Program-made: the position numbers and the translations under genes | Assembly (NCBI GenBank): GCA_051294375.1 | Contig: CM119268.1 | Coordinates: 9,042,721 to 9,106,720 of the forward strand | Source of the DNA: Paraspadella gotoi | Lineage: Eukaryota > Animalia > Chaetognatha | DNA: 64,000 nucleotides | Direction of reading: 5' to 3' | The notes under the pieces: model-generated | The model's database searches: none | What the model was told of the DNA's origin: nothing | Seen by the model: only the letters and a program-made list of their open reading frames with translations | In this document: in pieces, positions 37,582-50,775 of the stretch | Layout: every line of letters starts with the position of its first letter | Numbering within the stretch: the first letter of the stretch is position 1

Positions 37582-38654
37582 CTAAGTCAGATTTAATGCT
37601 ACGGCCGCCCTTCCGTTGACAATCCGTTTCGTTCCATCCTCTCCTACGATCGTCATCAACCTCCTCTTCCTCTTCCTCGTCGCCAGCCTCGTTTCGAGTT
37701 TCCAACCAATCGAATCCGCCAACGAGGGCCGCCATTTTGCTTCGTCGTTGCGAGCTTTCACTCGACGAATGAGATACTCTCCCTCCTTTTATAGTGATTC
37801 TTCTTCCTCCTCTTCCTCTTTCTTCCCTTTCCTCTCTGCTACTCCCTCTTTCTTCTCTCTCAACCTTTCTCCCTCGTCCCCATCTTTCTCCAACCCTAAC
37901 TTCCCCTTCTCCCCCTCTCGTCCCCTTGCTCCGCCCTCTTTCGAACCTTCCGTCGCACGAGGGGCATCTTCCCCGCGCCAGCGATCCTTTGTCCGACGTC
38001 GGGTATCTCGACGGCAGAGAGATTGCCCGCTCGAGGCCTCGATGAGGCGTCGGGCCACCTCGGGAGGACGACGCCCTCCGCGCCGCTCCGCCGCCTTCCC
38101 CAAAAAACGTCCACCCTTTCCCGCGCGGCGACGACGAAGCCGACAACGGCTTTTCCGGCGCCAGATGAGCCCAGGGCGCCCCCCAATGACTTCGCGGCGA
38201 CGGCGCCTCTTCCGTCGACGTGGAAGCGTGTCGGCTGCGGCGCTGATGCGGAACGGACGAGGCTCGGATCGGCGGCTTCGGCTGCGGCGCCGACAACGTC
38301 CAATTTTCCTTTCCCGCCATCTCTCGACCGGATTTCGAATTTCTCCGCCCGCGATGCCAGCGCCCCCAACGCGACGTCTCCCTCGTCATCGTCTCTTCAT
38401 CCAACTCCTCGTCCACGGGTTCCGTCATTTCCGACTTGGAGAAGAGCGCTTTAATTTCCTCGTCGTCGTCATCCTCGTAATCGTCGTCGTTATCGTCGTT
38501 GACAATGTCCTCGTGATTGTCCTTGTAGTCGTTGTTGTCATTTTCGTTGTGGTCTTCGTTGTCGTCGGTCTCGTCCTCCGTTAATGGCGTCGACGTGAGA
38601 GAAGCGGAGATCATTTCGTCGTCGTCTTCTTCGAAGCTGTCGTCAATTTCATCT
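37582..38654 (-). CDS. Internal exon, ~357 codons, D/E-rich N-terminal part (DEIDDSFEEDDDEMISAS...KSDL)
   Basis: 1073 nt, open, phase 2-1; CTAACAG acceptor and GTGAG donor; overlaps ORF 37571-38614. Confidence 0.8.
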
Positions 38655-38790
38655 CTGTTAGGTTGGATCGAACATTGGAGTTTTGTATAAGTATATTTAT
38701 TAAAATCATTTTTAAAAGGTTGTAATGTTTAATTGTTAATTTTTTTAAATAAAAACTATAACAAACTTACTATTTTTTAATTTTTATAAT

Positions 38791-39419
38791 TTTTATGATT
38801 CACTTTGTCGGTCCATCGGTCCACCACCCCAATCTTCTCGGGCATTCACTTTATATAATGTCAGAACATCGAATTATGATAAATTATGCAAAAAAATGAT
38901 GTCCGTCCGACCGTCTGTCTGTCCGTCTGTCCGTCTGTCCATCAGTTTGTCCATCCATCCGTCCATCCCAATTTACAAAAAACACAAATTACTTGTGATT
39001 TGAATGATGGATTAGAATGAAATTTTGTGTGTGGGTAGGAAAGTGTGTGATTGAGCTGGAAATAAAGTTTCGATGGAATCGTCCAAGTGGAAATGAGTGA
39101 AAATAGAAAAAACAAACAATCTATTTCACTTTTTGATTATGCTTTTTTATTTTATATTAATTATCAATTCTAGCTACATTAATTAATTATTAATAAATAA
39201 GTTATTAATTAATTATTAATTATTTGTAATTTATTAATTAATTAATTTTGTAAGCGAGATTGTTGTTTTGTGATTGAGAGGCGAGACAAAGTGGAAAACG
39301 ATTTTGCCACGAATTAAAAAAATTAATATTAATTAACTAATTAATTAATTAATTATCTGATCAGCTGCTTACCGCTAATGATCGTGAGCAGATCAGGCAT
39401 TGTTTGCTCAAACTTGTTT
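38791..39419 (+). mobile_element. Intronic HINE with intact 3' end
   Basis: 'attcactttgtcggtcc', (GTCC/GTCT)n, internal repeat unit, 3' AGCAGATC subTIR and GTTTGCTCAAAC hairpin followed by TTGTT. Confidence 0.8.
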
Positions 39420-39522
39420 ATACTATATTAAATATAACAATAAAAAATATAGTGAAACAAGTAATTTTACAACTTTTATACAAAAAATTAAATATTTTAT
39501 TTTCATAAACGATCCGACTTAC

Positions 39523-39766
39523 TCTTTCTTCGCCGGAATATCTCTTCGTTTTGACCCATCGCCGGTCGCGACCCTCGACCCGACGCCGGCATCCACCTTC
39601 CCATCGGCGACAACGACGCCGCCCGATTTAACCGACGCCGCCCTCCCGCCCGCGACGTCGTCGTAGAGTCCGATGGCGCCGTTTGACGCCGCTTTCGTCG
39701 GCGGCGGTCGGTGACGAGTCTCGGCGCGCCCCGTGGCGGAGGAAGAAAGGGGATGGGGTATTTGAT
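39523..39766 (-). CDS. Internal exon (DQIPHPLSSSATG...DIPAKKE)
   Basis: 244 nt, open, phase 1-2; CCCAG acceptor and GTAAGT donor; phases match both neighbours. Confidence 0.8.
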
Positions 39767-40066
39767 CTGGGTTTGAATGGCGGATGGGAATTGATGAAAG
39801 ATAAGTTAATTGAAAAAAGTAGTTTATGTGGGAAATGGCGGTATTTAGATGGCATATATATATGAAATTGGTACCACCATTATAAAAATTATATATATAT
39901 AAAATTATATATAATAAATTCAAACTTAAAGCTTATAAACTTGGTCTCCTCTTTTTCAATATTTCTCGTCTGCATTGATTGTTTAATTTTTTTGTTTTAC
40001 GAAACGTGATTTTTTTTTTTTTCATCTCTGATCTACATTCTGTTCTGAGTCCTGAGAAACACAAAC

Positions 40067-40188
40067 CTCGTTCTTTGTGAAACGCTGTCACATCTTTGGC
40101 GTGGCCATCTCTTTTTCTCTTCATCCTTTGCTCATCTTTGAAATCGTCGTCGTTGTCGTCGTCGTCGTCTTCGAAGAGCTTTAACTTT
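40067..40188 (-). CDS. Internal exon (KLKLFEDDDDDNDDD...AFHKER); 5' boundary may instead be 40270
   Basis: Phase-1 donor G|GTTTGT matches the next exon; acceptor is ambiguous. Confidence 0.55.
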
Positions 40189-41218
40189 CTATATAGTTAT
40201 CGCCGCTTATGTCTTTGCAAGCAGAGAGATTTGATTCTTCCGGCTTTTGACGCTTTCCAACGCGCTAACTCTAATTTTTAAAAACTTATTTTTTGGAGGG
40301 CGTGAATTAATTTTACCCAATTTATTAGAGTCTTCGTTGGCAATCTTATTCGAAATTGTAAGATGAATATAGAAGTTAAAAAAATATATATTTTTCCCGA
40401 AGGAACTCAAGGAGCAAGAGAATAAAAGAAGAAAATAAAAATAAAAGAAAAAAAAGAAATTCCGTTAAGAACGTTTTTTCTTTCTTTCTTTCTCTTTCTT
40501 TATTTTTTTTTTCTTTCTTTCCCTTTCTCTGCCCGCAGAAGAAGCCGAGAAGCAGGAATGGGCGCAGCTCCGACTCGATGGCCAACTGATAATAAATCTA
40601 ATGTTTGCCAGGATTTTTTCTCCCTAATGAAATTAATTGCGATTCATTGAAAGATTTACTCAGGAGACTTTCTTTCTGAAAGCTGCCTCCGTTGCTCTCT
40701 TTCTCTCTCGCTCTCCATCTCGCTCCTCTTTACTTTCCTTTTCTTCCGCTTTTCTTTATTTTCTCCTTCTTCCTTCCGCGATAGTAAATTAAATGCCATG
40801 TTCATTTGATCTGGTTAATATTTTAAAAATATTCTCCGCGTACGTTTTTAATTTTTTGCTATTTCTTAATTTTACCAATTACTCCTTTTCTTGTCTCTTC
40901 TAGTTTAACTTTAAGCTTTACCTTTTTCCCCCTCGATTTCCTTTCGCTAACCGCTACCTTTCTCTGCAATTCTGTCTTTTCAACTTTCTCGCTTCATTTG
41001 CAATTTGCAACAGTTTAGCGTGTCTCGCTGTATTCAAATGAATGACTGACTCCTTCTCTCTTTCCCTCTTTCCCGTTTCTCGGAGAGCATTTCTCTCTCT
41101 CTCTCTTTCTTTTCTCTTTCTCTCTGTAGCTCTCTTCTCTCACATCTTCTCTTCTCTCTCTCCTCTCTCTCTCTCTTCTCTCTCTCTCTTTCCTTTCTCT
41201 CCTCTCCTCTCTCTCTCT

Positions 41219-41253
<35 letters not shown>

Positions 41254-41254
41254 A

Positions 41255-41292
<38 letters not shown>

Positions 41293-41294
41293 CT

Positions 41295-41398
41295 TGATCC
41301 TCAAAGTGAGGTCACAGCTATCAAGAATGAGGTCGACGATTCCATAGTATCGCAGGTCAAGAGTTTCCAAGGTCGTGAGACTTGAACCTGAGGTTCAA
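41295..41398. promoter_or_regulatory. Intronic cluster of AGGTCA/AGGTCG half sites
   Basis: AGGTCA (41309), AGGTCG (41330), AGGTCA (41354), CCAAGGTCG (41367) and the palindrome TTGAACCTgAGGTTCAA (41382-41398). Confidence 0.4.
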
Positions 41399-42123
41399 CG
41401 AAGTAAGTTGATCGTTTATGGCATCGAAATCAGGGATTGCGGTGCGGACGGCAACATGGCGTACAAGAAAGGATGGCATCGTGGGCGGAAGCGTTTAATG
41501 CAAGTTAAAACAAGTTAATAATAGTTTTAAGAATTATTCACGTTACATGAAAGTAGGAATTGTACTACATAGTAACGGCAACGCAATAGCGACAGGAACG
41601 TAAAATTAAAAGCTAGGACGATAACATGGAGCGAGATGCAGATGGTAACTCGGAATCAAAGGCTTCCATTGCAGCGCAAACGGGAAACGTGGGATCAAAT
41701 ACAGGGACTCAAGGGTCGACGTGAATCTGGCACCGGAGATGGAAAAGCGAAATGGGATCCGGAATCGAAATCAAATCCCAAAATTGCGAAAATTGCGCGG
41801 AGGCAAAAGAAAAGAAAATGCGAAGAAGACTCGTGTTCAAATGTACTAATGTATTAATGTATGTATTAATGTAGTACATATAGGGTTTCTATGTGATACT
41901 ATGGCAAGTTTTTTAATTCAATAGAGTTATTAAGTTTTGTGTGGTATGTAAGCAAAAACGATCCGCTTGGTTTGGACCCTTTTTTATAATTTTTTTTTCC
42001 TCTTTTTTTTTTTTTTTTTTGGACACTGAAAGAAGGAAAAAAAAAAGTCAGGAACTCATTTCATCTCCATCAAAAGAAAAAGTCAGGAGGAAAAAAAAAA
42101 GAAGTGATAAATTGACCATACGC

Positions 42124-42283
42124 CTTGCCACATGAATGTCGTCGTCGTCCTTCGTTCCCCCTTCGTCATCGTCGTCGTCGTCGTCGTCTTCCCGGTGGTT
42201 TTCATCGTCGTCGTCGTCGTCGTCGACGACATTCAGATCTCGAATAGGAGATGGGGTTAAGACTCTCCGTTTCAGCGGAATTT
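42124..42283 (-). CDS. Probable exon (EIPLKRRVLTPSPIRDLNVVDDDD...IHVA)
   Basis: TTCCTCAG acceptor and open Asp-rich frame; donor is either AAG|GC (42123) or GTATGG (42121). Confidence 0.55.
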
Positions 42284-42526
42284 CTGAGGAAATCCCACAA
42301 AATTGAACAATTTTTTTGAGTCTATTGTAATTTTTATTTCGTGGCCGGAAAACTGAGCGATTCGTAGGTCGAATTGTTCCAGTTTAAAGTTACACGTTGA
42401 ATTTTTAGAAGTGTTTTGAAATAAGAAACAGACTGTCAATAAGTTTAGGATAACTTATGAATTTTGTTCATTTTCTGTAAATATTTACCACTTGTTTCAG
42501 TTCGCGACGTGAATGAAGTGCATTTT

Positions 42527-42557
<31 letters not shown>

Positions 42558-42569
42558 TCTCTCATCTCA

Positions 42570-42600
<31 letters not shown>

Positions 42601-44466
42601 ATCTCTCTTTCTGCTCTCTCTCTCGGAGAATACGCATGACTCGTCGGCCACCCGGAAATGATCATGTGCGCTGAGAGTCCTTAAATGTTAACGTCGCTTT
42701 TTGTAGAGTTGTTGTAGAGTTGTAGAGTATTTAGTGTGTAGTATATCCTATATACTATATAGTTTGTAGGTTCACCTGATTTTCCGCGAGAGTGACACAC
42801 GTCCCCACGTGACCGCTAATTGTTGTTAACAATTGTTGACATCATAGTCCCGACCCCAATTTTAACGAGGACCGAAAATCGTCCTTGTCTCTCACCACCA
42901 ACGCTGTCGTAAACTTCAACGCTTAAGCATAAAATATTAGTTTATTAATAATTTTTACTATTTTTCACTTTGTCCTTGAATTTCGTCCTACAATCCTTTA
43001 TTAATCCTCCTTGCGTCGACAGGAAAGAAAAAAAAAACGAAACTCGCATAATTTCNNNNNNNNNNNNNNNNNNNNNNNNNNNNNNNNNNNNNNNNNNNNN
43101 NNNNNNNNNNNNNNNNNNNNNNNNNNNNNNNNNNNNNNNNNNNNNNNNNNNNNNNNNNNNNNNNNNNNNNNNNNNNNNNNNNNNNNNNNNNNNNNNNNNN
43201 NNNNNNNNNNNNNNNNNNNNNNNNNNNNNNNNNNNNNNNNNNNNNNNNNNNNNNNNNNNNNNNNNNNNNNNNNNNNNNNNNNNNNNNNNNNNNNNNNNNN
43301 NNNNNNNNTTCTTTCTTCTTTCTTTTTTTCTCTCTCTCTGTCTTTCTTTCTTTCTTTCCTTCTTTTTTCTTTCTTTCTATCTTTCTTTCTTTTTTTCTTT
43401 CTTTCTTTTTTTTCTCTCTCTCTATCTCTTTCTCTCTATCTCTCTCTCTCGCGGGCTTTTTAGCGAATATTGATTACGAGTAAAACAAAACAGTCTGGAA
43501 AGAAAGTTGAAGACGTTTTAAAAGGCATCGTTTTGCATATTTTTAGTTCATTTTGGAAAGTAACTAATTTACTTATATATTTAAAAGAACTACAAACTTT
43601 TTAATTATTGTCATTACTTTCATAATTAGGTATTTACTGGGAGTTAATAAACTTGACTCAGATTGATTGATTGATTGAAAACAGGCAAGCTATGTTATTA
43701 TTAACCCACCGTTGACAATTACATGTCAAAAGTCAGGGGTAAAATAGCATAACTTCCATATTCAATTTATACCAATTTCATTAGAACTATACTTACATAT
43801 AACTAAATCTGTTCATGTTAAAGATAGTAATATTGCGGACATACCATTACCATTTTCCGTCGTCAGGTTTTAATTTTTTATTACATTCCATTTCAAATCA
43901 TTCAATTATAAAATAAAGGAAGTTTCAGATGGAAAGAGAAAAAGGCTTTCAACCTTTGGGTTCACCGATTTTCCCAATTAAAATGCAAATTGAGATAGAT
44001 AGGGGAGTGGGGGAAGAGAGAGAGAGAGNNNNNNNNNNNNNNNNNNNNNNNNNNNNNNNNNNNNNNNNNNNNNNNNNNNNNNNNNNNNNNNNNNNNNNNN
44101 NNNNNNNNNNNNNNNNNNNNNNNNNNNNNNNNNNNNNNNNNNNNNNNNNNNNNNNNNNNNNNNNNNNNNNNNNNNNNNNNNNNNNNNNNNNNNNNNNNNN
44201 NNNNNNNNNNNNNNNNNNNNNNNNNNNNNNNNNNNNNNNNNNNNNNNNNNNNNNNNNNNNNNNNNNNNNNNNNNNTGGTCACAAATTTTCGTTTTTGTTG
44301 TTTAAAATTAAAGAGTTGCAAACTCGACTCGTAAATTTCTTATACATTTTTATTAATTGCGTCTGGCTAAAAAAGACAGCCTGTCACGAAATAATCTTTT
44401 TTAGTCTATGAGCCTTGCCAAAAGGATGTCCCCATTTTGCCAAAAACGAAGCAACAGGAAGAAGAT

Positions 44467-44468
<2 letters not shown>

Positions 44469-44564
<96 letters not shown>
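44469..44564. repeat. (GAAA)n microsatellite
   Basis: Directly visible. Confidence 0.97.
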
Positions 44565-44565
<1 letters not shown>

Positions 44566-45112
44566 GGAAAGAAAGAAAAAAATAAAGACAGAAAAAAAAG
44601 AAAAGTTTTTTCTGATTTTTTCCATTTTAACACAAGACAGGTTTGTAGTAATTTTAGTTTATATATATAAAAATATTTGGGTTAAATAATAATTTAAAAT
44701 TCGCGTTCTATTGAATGGTAACTTTAAATTCCCGTGTCAAACCGGAGGCTCAATCTGTCAGACGCCTGATTAGGAGCGGAGACAGAACGACGACGACGAC
44801 GACGACGACGACATAAGCCTAACGAGAAATGGCAGGAATTATCAGTGGAATTCTTTTTTCCATTAAATGACATGTCGAAACGAATTATTATGATGATATT
44901 TATTTATATATATATATATATATTTATATATATTTATAATTATTATGATGATGACGATATATTGATTATGACGATGATGATATTGATCGAAACGATCATA
45001 TATATTCAATAATTCAATATATCAATCCAAATATATTTGTCATTTTCAAACCAGCCTCGCCTCACACCTTATTCTTCACAGTCCTCGCCGAGTTAGTGAG
45101 AATCCGACTCAC

Positions 45113-45209
45113 GACTCCTCGTCCTTGTTTGTCACGAACCCGTCACGTGACCGGGGCTGGCCTCCCATCGCGTCACTGCGGAATCTTTTTATGATTCTCA
45201 TAATCTCAT
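45113..45209 (-). CDS. Tentative upstream exon (DEIMRIIKRFRSDAMGGQPRSRDGFVTNKDEES)
   Basis: Pyrimidine-tract acceptor and GTGAGT donor, 97 nt, open. Its phase does not join directly to the 42283 exon, so intervening exons would be needed. Confidence 0.4.
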
Positions 45210-45614
45210 CTTCGGTGGAAAGAAGAAAAAAAAAAAGGGGAGGAANNNNNNNNNNNNNNNNNNNNNNNNNAGAAAGAGAAGAAACCAAAAAATAAGAAAG
45301 AGAATCCGGAAACAACAAAAAAAAGAGAGATGAAAAGAAAAACAGAAGAAAAGAGGACGAGAGAAGGAGGAAAAAGAGAGCGAAAGAGAGAGAGAGATGA
45401 GAGAGAGAGAGAGGAGAGAGAGCAGGAGAGAAGAGAGAGAGAAGAGAAGGAGAGAGAGAAGAGGAAAGAGAAGAGAAAGAGGAGAGAGGAAACAGAAAAA
45501 AAAACAAATAAGAGCGAGAAGAAGAGGAGACTAGGAGATCCAGAGAAGAAAAGAGAGAAAGGAAAAAAAGAAGAGAGAAGAGAAGATGAGAGAGAGAGAG
45601 AAGAGAGAGAGAGA

Positions 45615-45662
<48 letters not shown>

Positions 45663-45729
45663 TGAGAGAGAGAGAGAAGAGAAGAGGAGAGAGAGAGATG
45701 GAGAGAGAGAGAGAGAGAGAGAGAAGATG

Positions 45730-45769
<40 letters not shown>

Positions 45770-45874
45770 GAATTGTGGCCCGTACGAGAAATTTTGTCTT
45801 TCTTTCCGACTTTTTACCTCCACTACTTTTTTTTTTTTTTTTCCTCCATTTTTTTTCTTTTTCTTTTTTCTTTG

Positions 45875-48222
45875 AAGTAAAATAACAATACTTTTTTATT
45901 TGCTTAATTTTTAATCTTCGGTACTCTCTCTTTCTCTCTTTGCAATGCAACCGATCCTATGCCCTCATTTCTGCTCTCAGTCTCTTCCTCCTCTCTCTCT
46001 TCTCTCTCTCTCTCTTCTTTGCAATTGCGACGATCCTTATGCTCATTTTTCTGCTCTCTCTCTCTCTCTTCTCCTCTCTCTCTCTCATTTGCATTGCGAC
46101 GATTCCTTTTATGTCTCTTAATGATTTTTTTAAACTTGTATTAATTTTTCCTGCTTGCATATTTTTTCAAACTGCATATAATTTTTTAAATTAGAATCAT
46201 AATATAATAAAGATTCAAGTTAAACGTGACTTATTTTTTTTCCATTTAAAACTTATTTTCCACTGCACAAATCGTCAATTAACTTTATATCTTGCCTTCT
46301 TTCAATCATTTCACCTTTTCCACCCGCTCACTAAAATTTCCCTCAATCTATTAATGTGGTTAAAATAAATTGTAAATACAGATTCAAGTAAATGTTGAAT
46401 CATATTTTTTTTTCATTTAAACTCATTTCTCCTTCGTACGTTCCACGAACTTATATCAAGCATCGTTACATTATTCTATTCTACCCACACAAAAATATTT
46501 GAACTCAACTAATCATTTTTCAATTGATTTAATTAATACTTATTGGTTAAAATAAGTAAAAATATTTTAGTTAAATGCGACTTATGTTTTTTCCAATATC
46601 TTAAACTCATTCTACCACACATCTCATCGTAAACTTTATTCAGCTTTATCTACACACTTCCTACCACACATTTTACACACAATTTCATTCCAATCCAACC
46701 AGCCAATCACGAGTTATTGAGCTTTTTGCTAAGCTTAGGAAAGGATGGATCGGACTTGATTGACTGATTAATTAATTATTTGAATTAATTAATTGACCTA
46801 ATTGATAATAACTGATTATATTTATTTGATTAATTAATACATCCTGTAATACATTTTATATAAAAAGGAACAAAGAATCCATAAATCAATTAGTGAACAG
46901 GTTATTTGTTTTTTTCCATTTAACTCATTTCCACTCAAAATATTTCCATCGAACTTGGTTTTCTGGTTCAATCACACACTTTTCTACTCACATAACAAAA
47001 TTCCAGTCAATTGATTAATTAAGTGGGTAATTAAGCTACACCTTGGTCACTTGCATAATTTAATCACTGCATAATTGGTCAATCTGACATAATTGGTAAC
47101 TGACTATTTTTTTCATAATTTGGTCTATCTGACATAATTTTGTCACTTCACGTATATAATTGGTCACTGACATTTATTTGATGCAATTAAGATAATTTGG
47201 TCAACCAGTCATAATTTGGTCAACTTGCTATTATTTAATCACTGGCCTATATTTGGTTCATACTGGCCATAATTTTTGTCTCACAGCAAATTTTGGTCAA
47301 CTTGCAGAACTTCTGATCATAACTTCGATAACTTTTGTCAATACTGGCATAATTGGTACAATTTCAAATCAATCAACAATAACTCAATCAATCTCAATCA
47401 ATAATCAAATCAATCATCAAACAATCACGAAATAGATACGAGAGAGAGAACTTTAAAAAAATTCAAATAACCAAGTGTTTGGTTTCTAATTGAAACCCTT
47501 TTCCACTCCTACATATCCATCAAAAAAATTTTTCTATCGCTTTTATCACATACTTTCTACCCACACACAAAATCAATTTCGATTATCTATCCAAAATTTT
47601 ACACTCAAACATAATAATTATCAGTAAATTTAAGTAAAATACTTCAAGTAAATATGACTTTGTTCTTTTTTCATTTTACACATTTCCAACTCGCAACGAT
47701 TCCATCGAAACTTTTATCATCCAGCTCAATCACCCCCACTTTCCTACCATCATACAAAAATTTCCAAGTCAATAGCCCATCCACCATCGAAGCATTGGCG
47801 TTCAAAAGTGAAATATAATTTTTTGGTTTTTTCCACTTGGTAAAACCATCTTCACTGCAACGTTCCTCGAAAACTATACATATTACCATTCTCAACACAC
47901 AGATTACTACCATCACCACATCAAAATTTCATCCAATTCATCCCAACTCCAATCATGCCTCATTAGGAGTATTTTGGACCGGCTGAAGGAGTTGGATCCG
48001 GGTACTGAGTAATACGGAAACGGACCGGACCGACATCGTCCTTTTGCGTTTTTTTTGTCGACAATAATTAAAAAATCGATAAAAAATCAAATAGAATAAA
48101 AAACAACGACAAATAAGCAAGTGATGTGGCCCAATGAACAATCTATCCAGGGGGCGGAACCGACGGACCGACAAAGTGAATTATAGAGTCGGGATCTGCT
48201 GATAAGCCAATCCGACTAAAAA
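45875..48222 (-). mobile_element. Long HINE, minus strand, 3'-truncated; left arm of the large palindrome
   Basis: The reverse complement begins TTTTTAGTCGGATTGGCTTATCAGCAGATCCCGACTCTATAATTCAC and is colinear with 48259-50290. Confidence 0.8.
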
Positions 48223-48258
48223 CCGCATTCTTTTAATGGTATATGGAAGCGTCAGTAA

Positions 48259-50727
48259 TTTTTATCGTCGATCTGCTTATCAGCAGCACCCGACTCTATA
48301 TACTTCACTTTTTCGGTCGTCGGTCCGCCCCTCAATATTTTGTCGGGCACACACACTTATATCATGTCAGAACATCGATTATGATAATTATGCAAAAAAA
48401 TGATGTCCGTCCGTCTGCTGTCCGTCCGTCGTCGTCCTCGGCCGTCCGTCGTCCGTCCCACCTTAGCAAAAAACTCCAATTACCGTGATTGGAGGATGGA
48501 TTGGTATGAATTTTGTGTGTGGGTAGGAACTGTCTGATTGAGATGGATATGAAGTTTCGAGGGAATCGTGCGAGTGGAAACTTGGTTAAAATGGAAAAAA
48601 CAAAAAAATATATTTCACTATTTGGAACGCCATTGCTCATGATGTGATAGTGCAATTGACTTGAAATTTGTATGATGGTAGGCAAAGTGGTGATTGAGCC
48701 AGATATAAAGTTTCGATGGATCGTGCGGAGTGGAAATGAGTAAAAAATGGAAAAAACAAAATCATATTTACTTGAAGCTATTTATTACTTAAATTTACTC
48801 ATAATATTTTGTTTATTAAAAATTGGATAGTAAATCGAAATTAATTTTGTGTGTGGTAGGAAAGTATGTGATAAAGCGGATAAAAATTTTTTGATGGAAT
48901 CGTAGGGTGGAAAAGATTCAAACTAGAAAACCAAAAGACACATTTATTTGAATTTTTAAATTTCTCTCTCTCTCGCTTGATTGATTGATGATGATGATTG
49001 ATTGATTGACCAAATTTATGCTAATTGACCAATTATGCCAGTTGACCAAATCTGAGTTAATCAACGTTTTGTAAGTTGACCATATTATGCCTGTGACCAA
49101 ATTAGCTAGTTGATAAATTATGCCAGTTAATCAATTATGCCGCGTTGACCAAATTATCGTTAATTGATCAAATTATGTCAGTTGACAAATTATGTCAGTT
49201 GACCAAATTATGTCATAGACCAAATTATGTCAGTTAACCAATTTATGTCAGTTGACCAATTATGCAGTTGATTAAATTATGCAAGTTGACCAAGATAGCT
49301 TATTACCACTTAATTATCGATTGACCTGGAATTTTGTATGTGAGTAGAAAAGTGTGTGATTGTAACAGGAAACCAAGTTTCGATGGAATCTTGAGTGGAA
49401 ATGATTTAAAATGGAAAAACAAAAAACACTGTTTCCTAATTGATTTATGCTCTTTTTCCTTTTATAATTAAACTTATGCAGGATGTATTAATAAGTCAAA
49501 TAATTAACAGTTAATTAATCAATTGCATTAATTAATAAATAATTAATACAGTCAATCAACCGTCCATCCGTCCACCTTACAAAAAAGCCCCAATAACCGT
49601 GATTGGCTTGTTGATTGAAATTAATTTTGTGTGTGGGTAGGAAAGGTGTGATAAAGCTGGATATAAGTTTCGACGGAATCGTGTGAGTGAAATGGTAAGT
49701 GGAAAAAACAAAGGTCGCATTACTAAAATCTTTTTACTCTATTTTAACCAATAAGTACTCTAATTAACTCATAATGGATGGATAGATTGAGTTCAAATTT
49801 TTTGTTGGGTAGAAAAATGTGTATTCGCTGCTTGATATAAAGTTTCGGTGGAAACGTTAAGAGTGGAAAATGAGTTAAATGAAAAAAACTATGAGTCACA
49901 TTTACTTGAATTTTTTACTTATTTTAACCATACATAGATTGAGACTGAATTTTTGTGAGCGGTAGGAAAGTGTGTGAAAAAAGCTAGATATAAAGTTTTG
50001 ACGGAATTGTGCAGTGGAATGAGTTTAAATGAAAAAAAAAGTCACACTTTACTGAAGCAGAAAATGACTACAAGTTAAAAAAATCCTAAAAGCATAAGGA
50101 TCGTCGCAATTGCAAAGAGAGAGAGAGAAGAGATAGAGAAGAGAGAGAGAGAGAGAGCAGTAAAATGAGCATAAGGACGTCGCAATTTCAAAGAGGAGAG
50201 AGAGAGAGAGAGATAGAGAGAGAGAAAGATAGAAAGAGAGAGAGTCCGAGATAAAAATTAGCGAATAAAAAAGTTGTTATTTTACTCACTGAATAAAAAT
50301 ACTTAAAATACTTACAAAATACATAAATTGATAAATTATATTCGATAACATTGTTTATCACGCAATATATCTACTAGGCCCTAGATATCTTGTAAGGCGG
50401 CCAAAATTGAACACTTTTTATAACTTCTAGTTCTCTTTAATTTTTTTTCCCTTTTACTCACTAATCCGATTTTCAATATAACTTTCTGAATTAGTCATTG
50501 GGTTGTTGCACTGAAGCTTTAAATATTTATTAATATAATCAATATACAAAGTATTGACGAATTGTGCCAGGGAAATGAGTTTAGATGGAAAAAACATAAA
50601 GTCACATTTACTTGAATCTTAAATATTAAGATTACTAATAAATCTTTTAATTAATTAATTAATGTGAAAAAATGATGCAAGTTTAAAAAAAATTTGAAAA
50701 GCATAAAGATTTTCGCAAATGCAGAAA

Positions 50728-50775
<48 letters not shown>

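Larger units (their letters stand above)
27678..37860 (+). repeat. ~10-kb tandem duplication, copy 2 (reading frames more intact)
   Basis: Colinear with copy 1 and continues seamlessly into unique exon sequence after 37860. Confidence 0.97.

Noticed and set aside
35794-38584. Long plus-strand ORFs overlapping the acidic-protein exons
   Set aside because: Antisense shadows of GC-rich coding exons; splice signals and phases support the minus strand.
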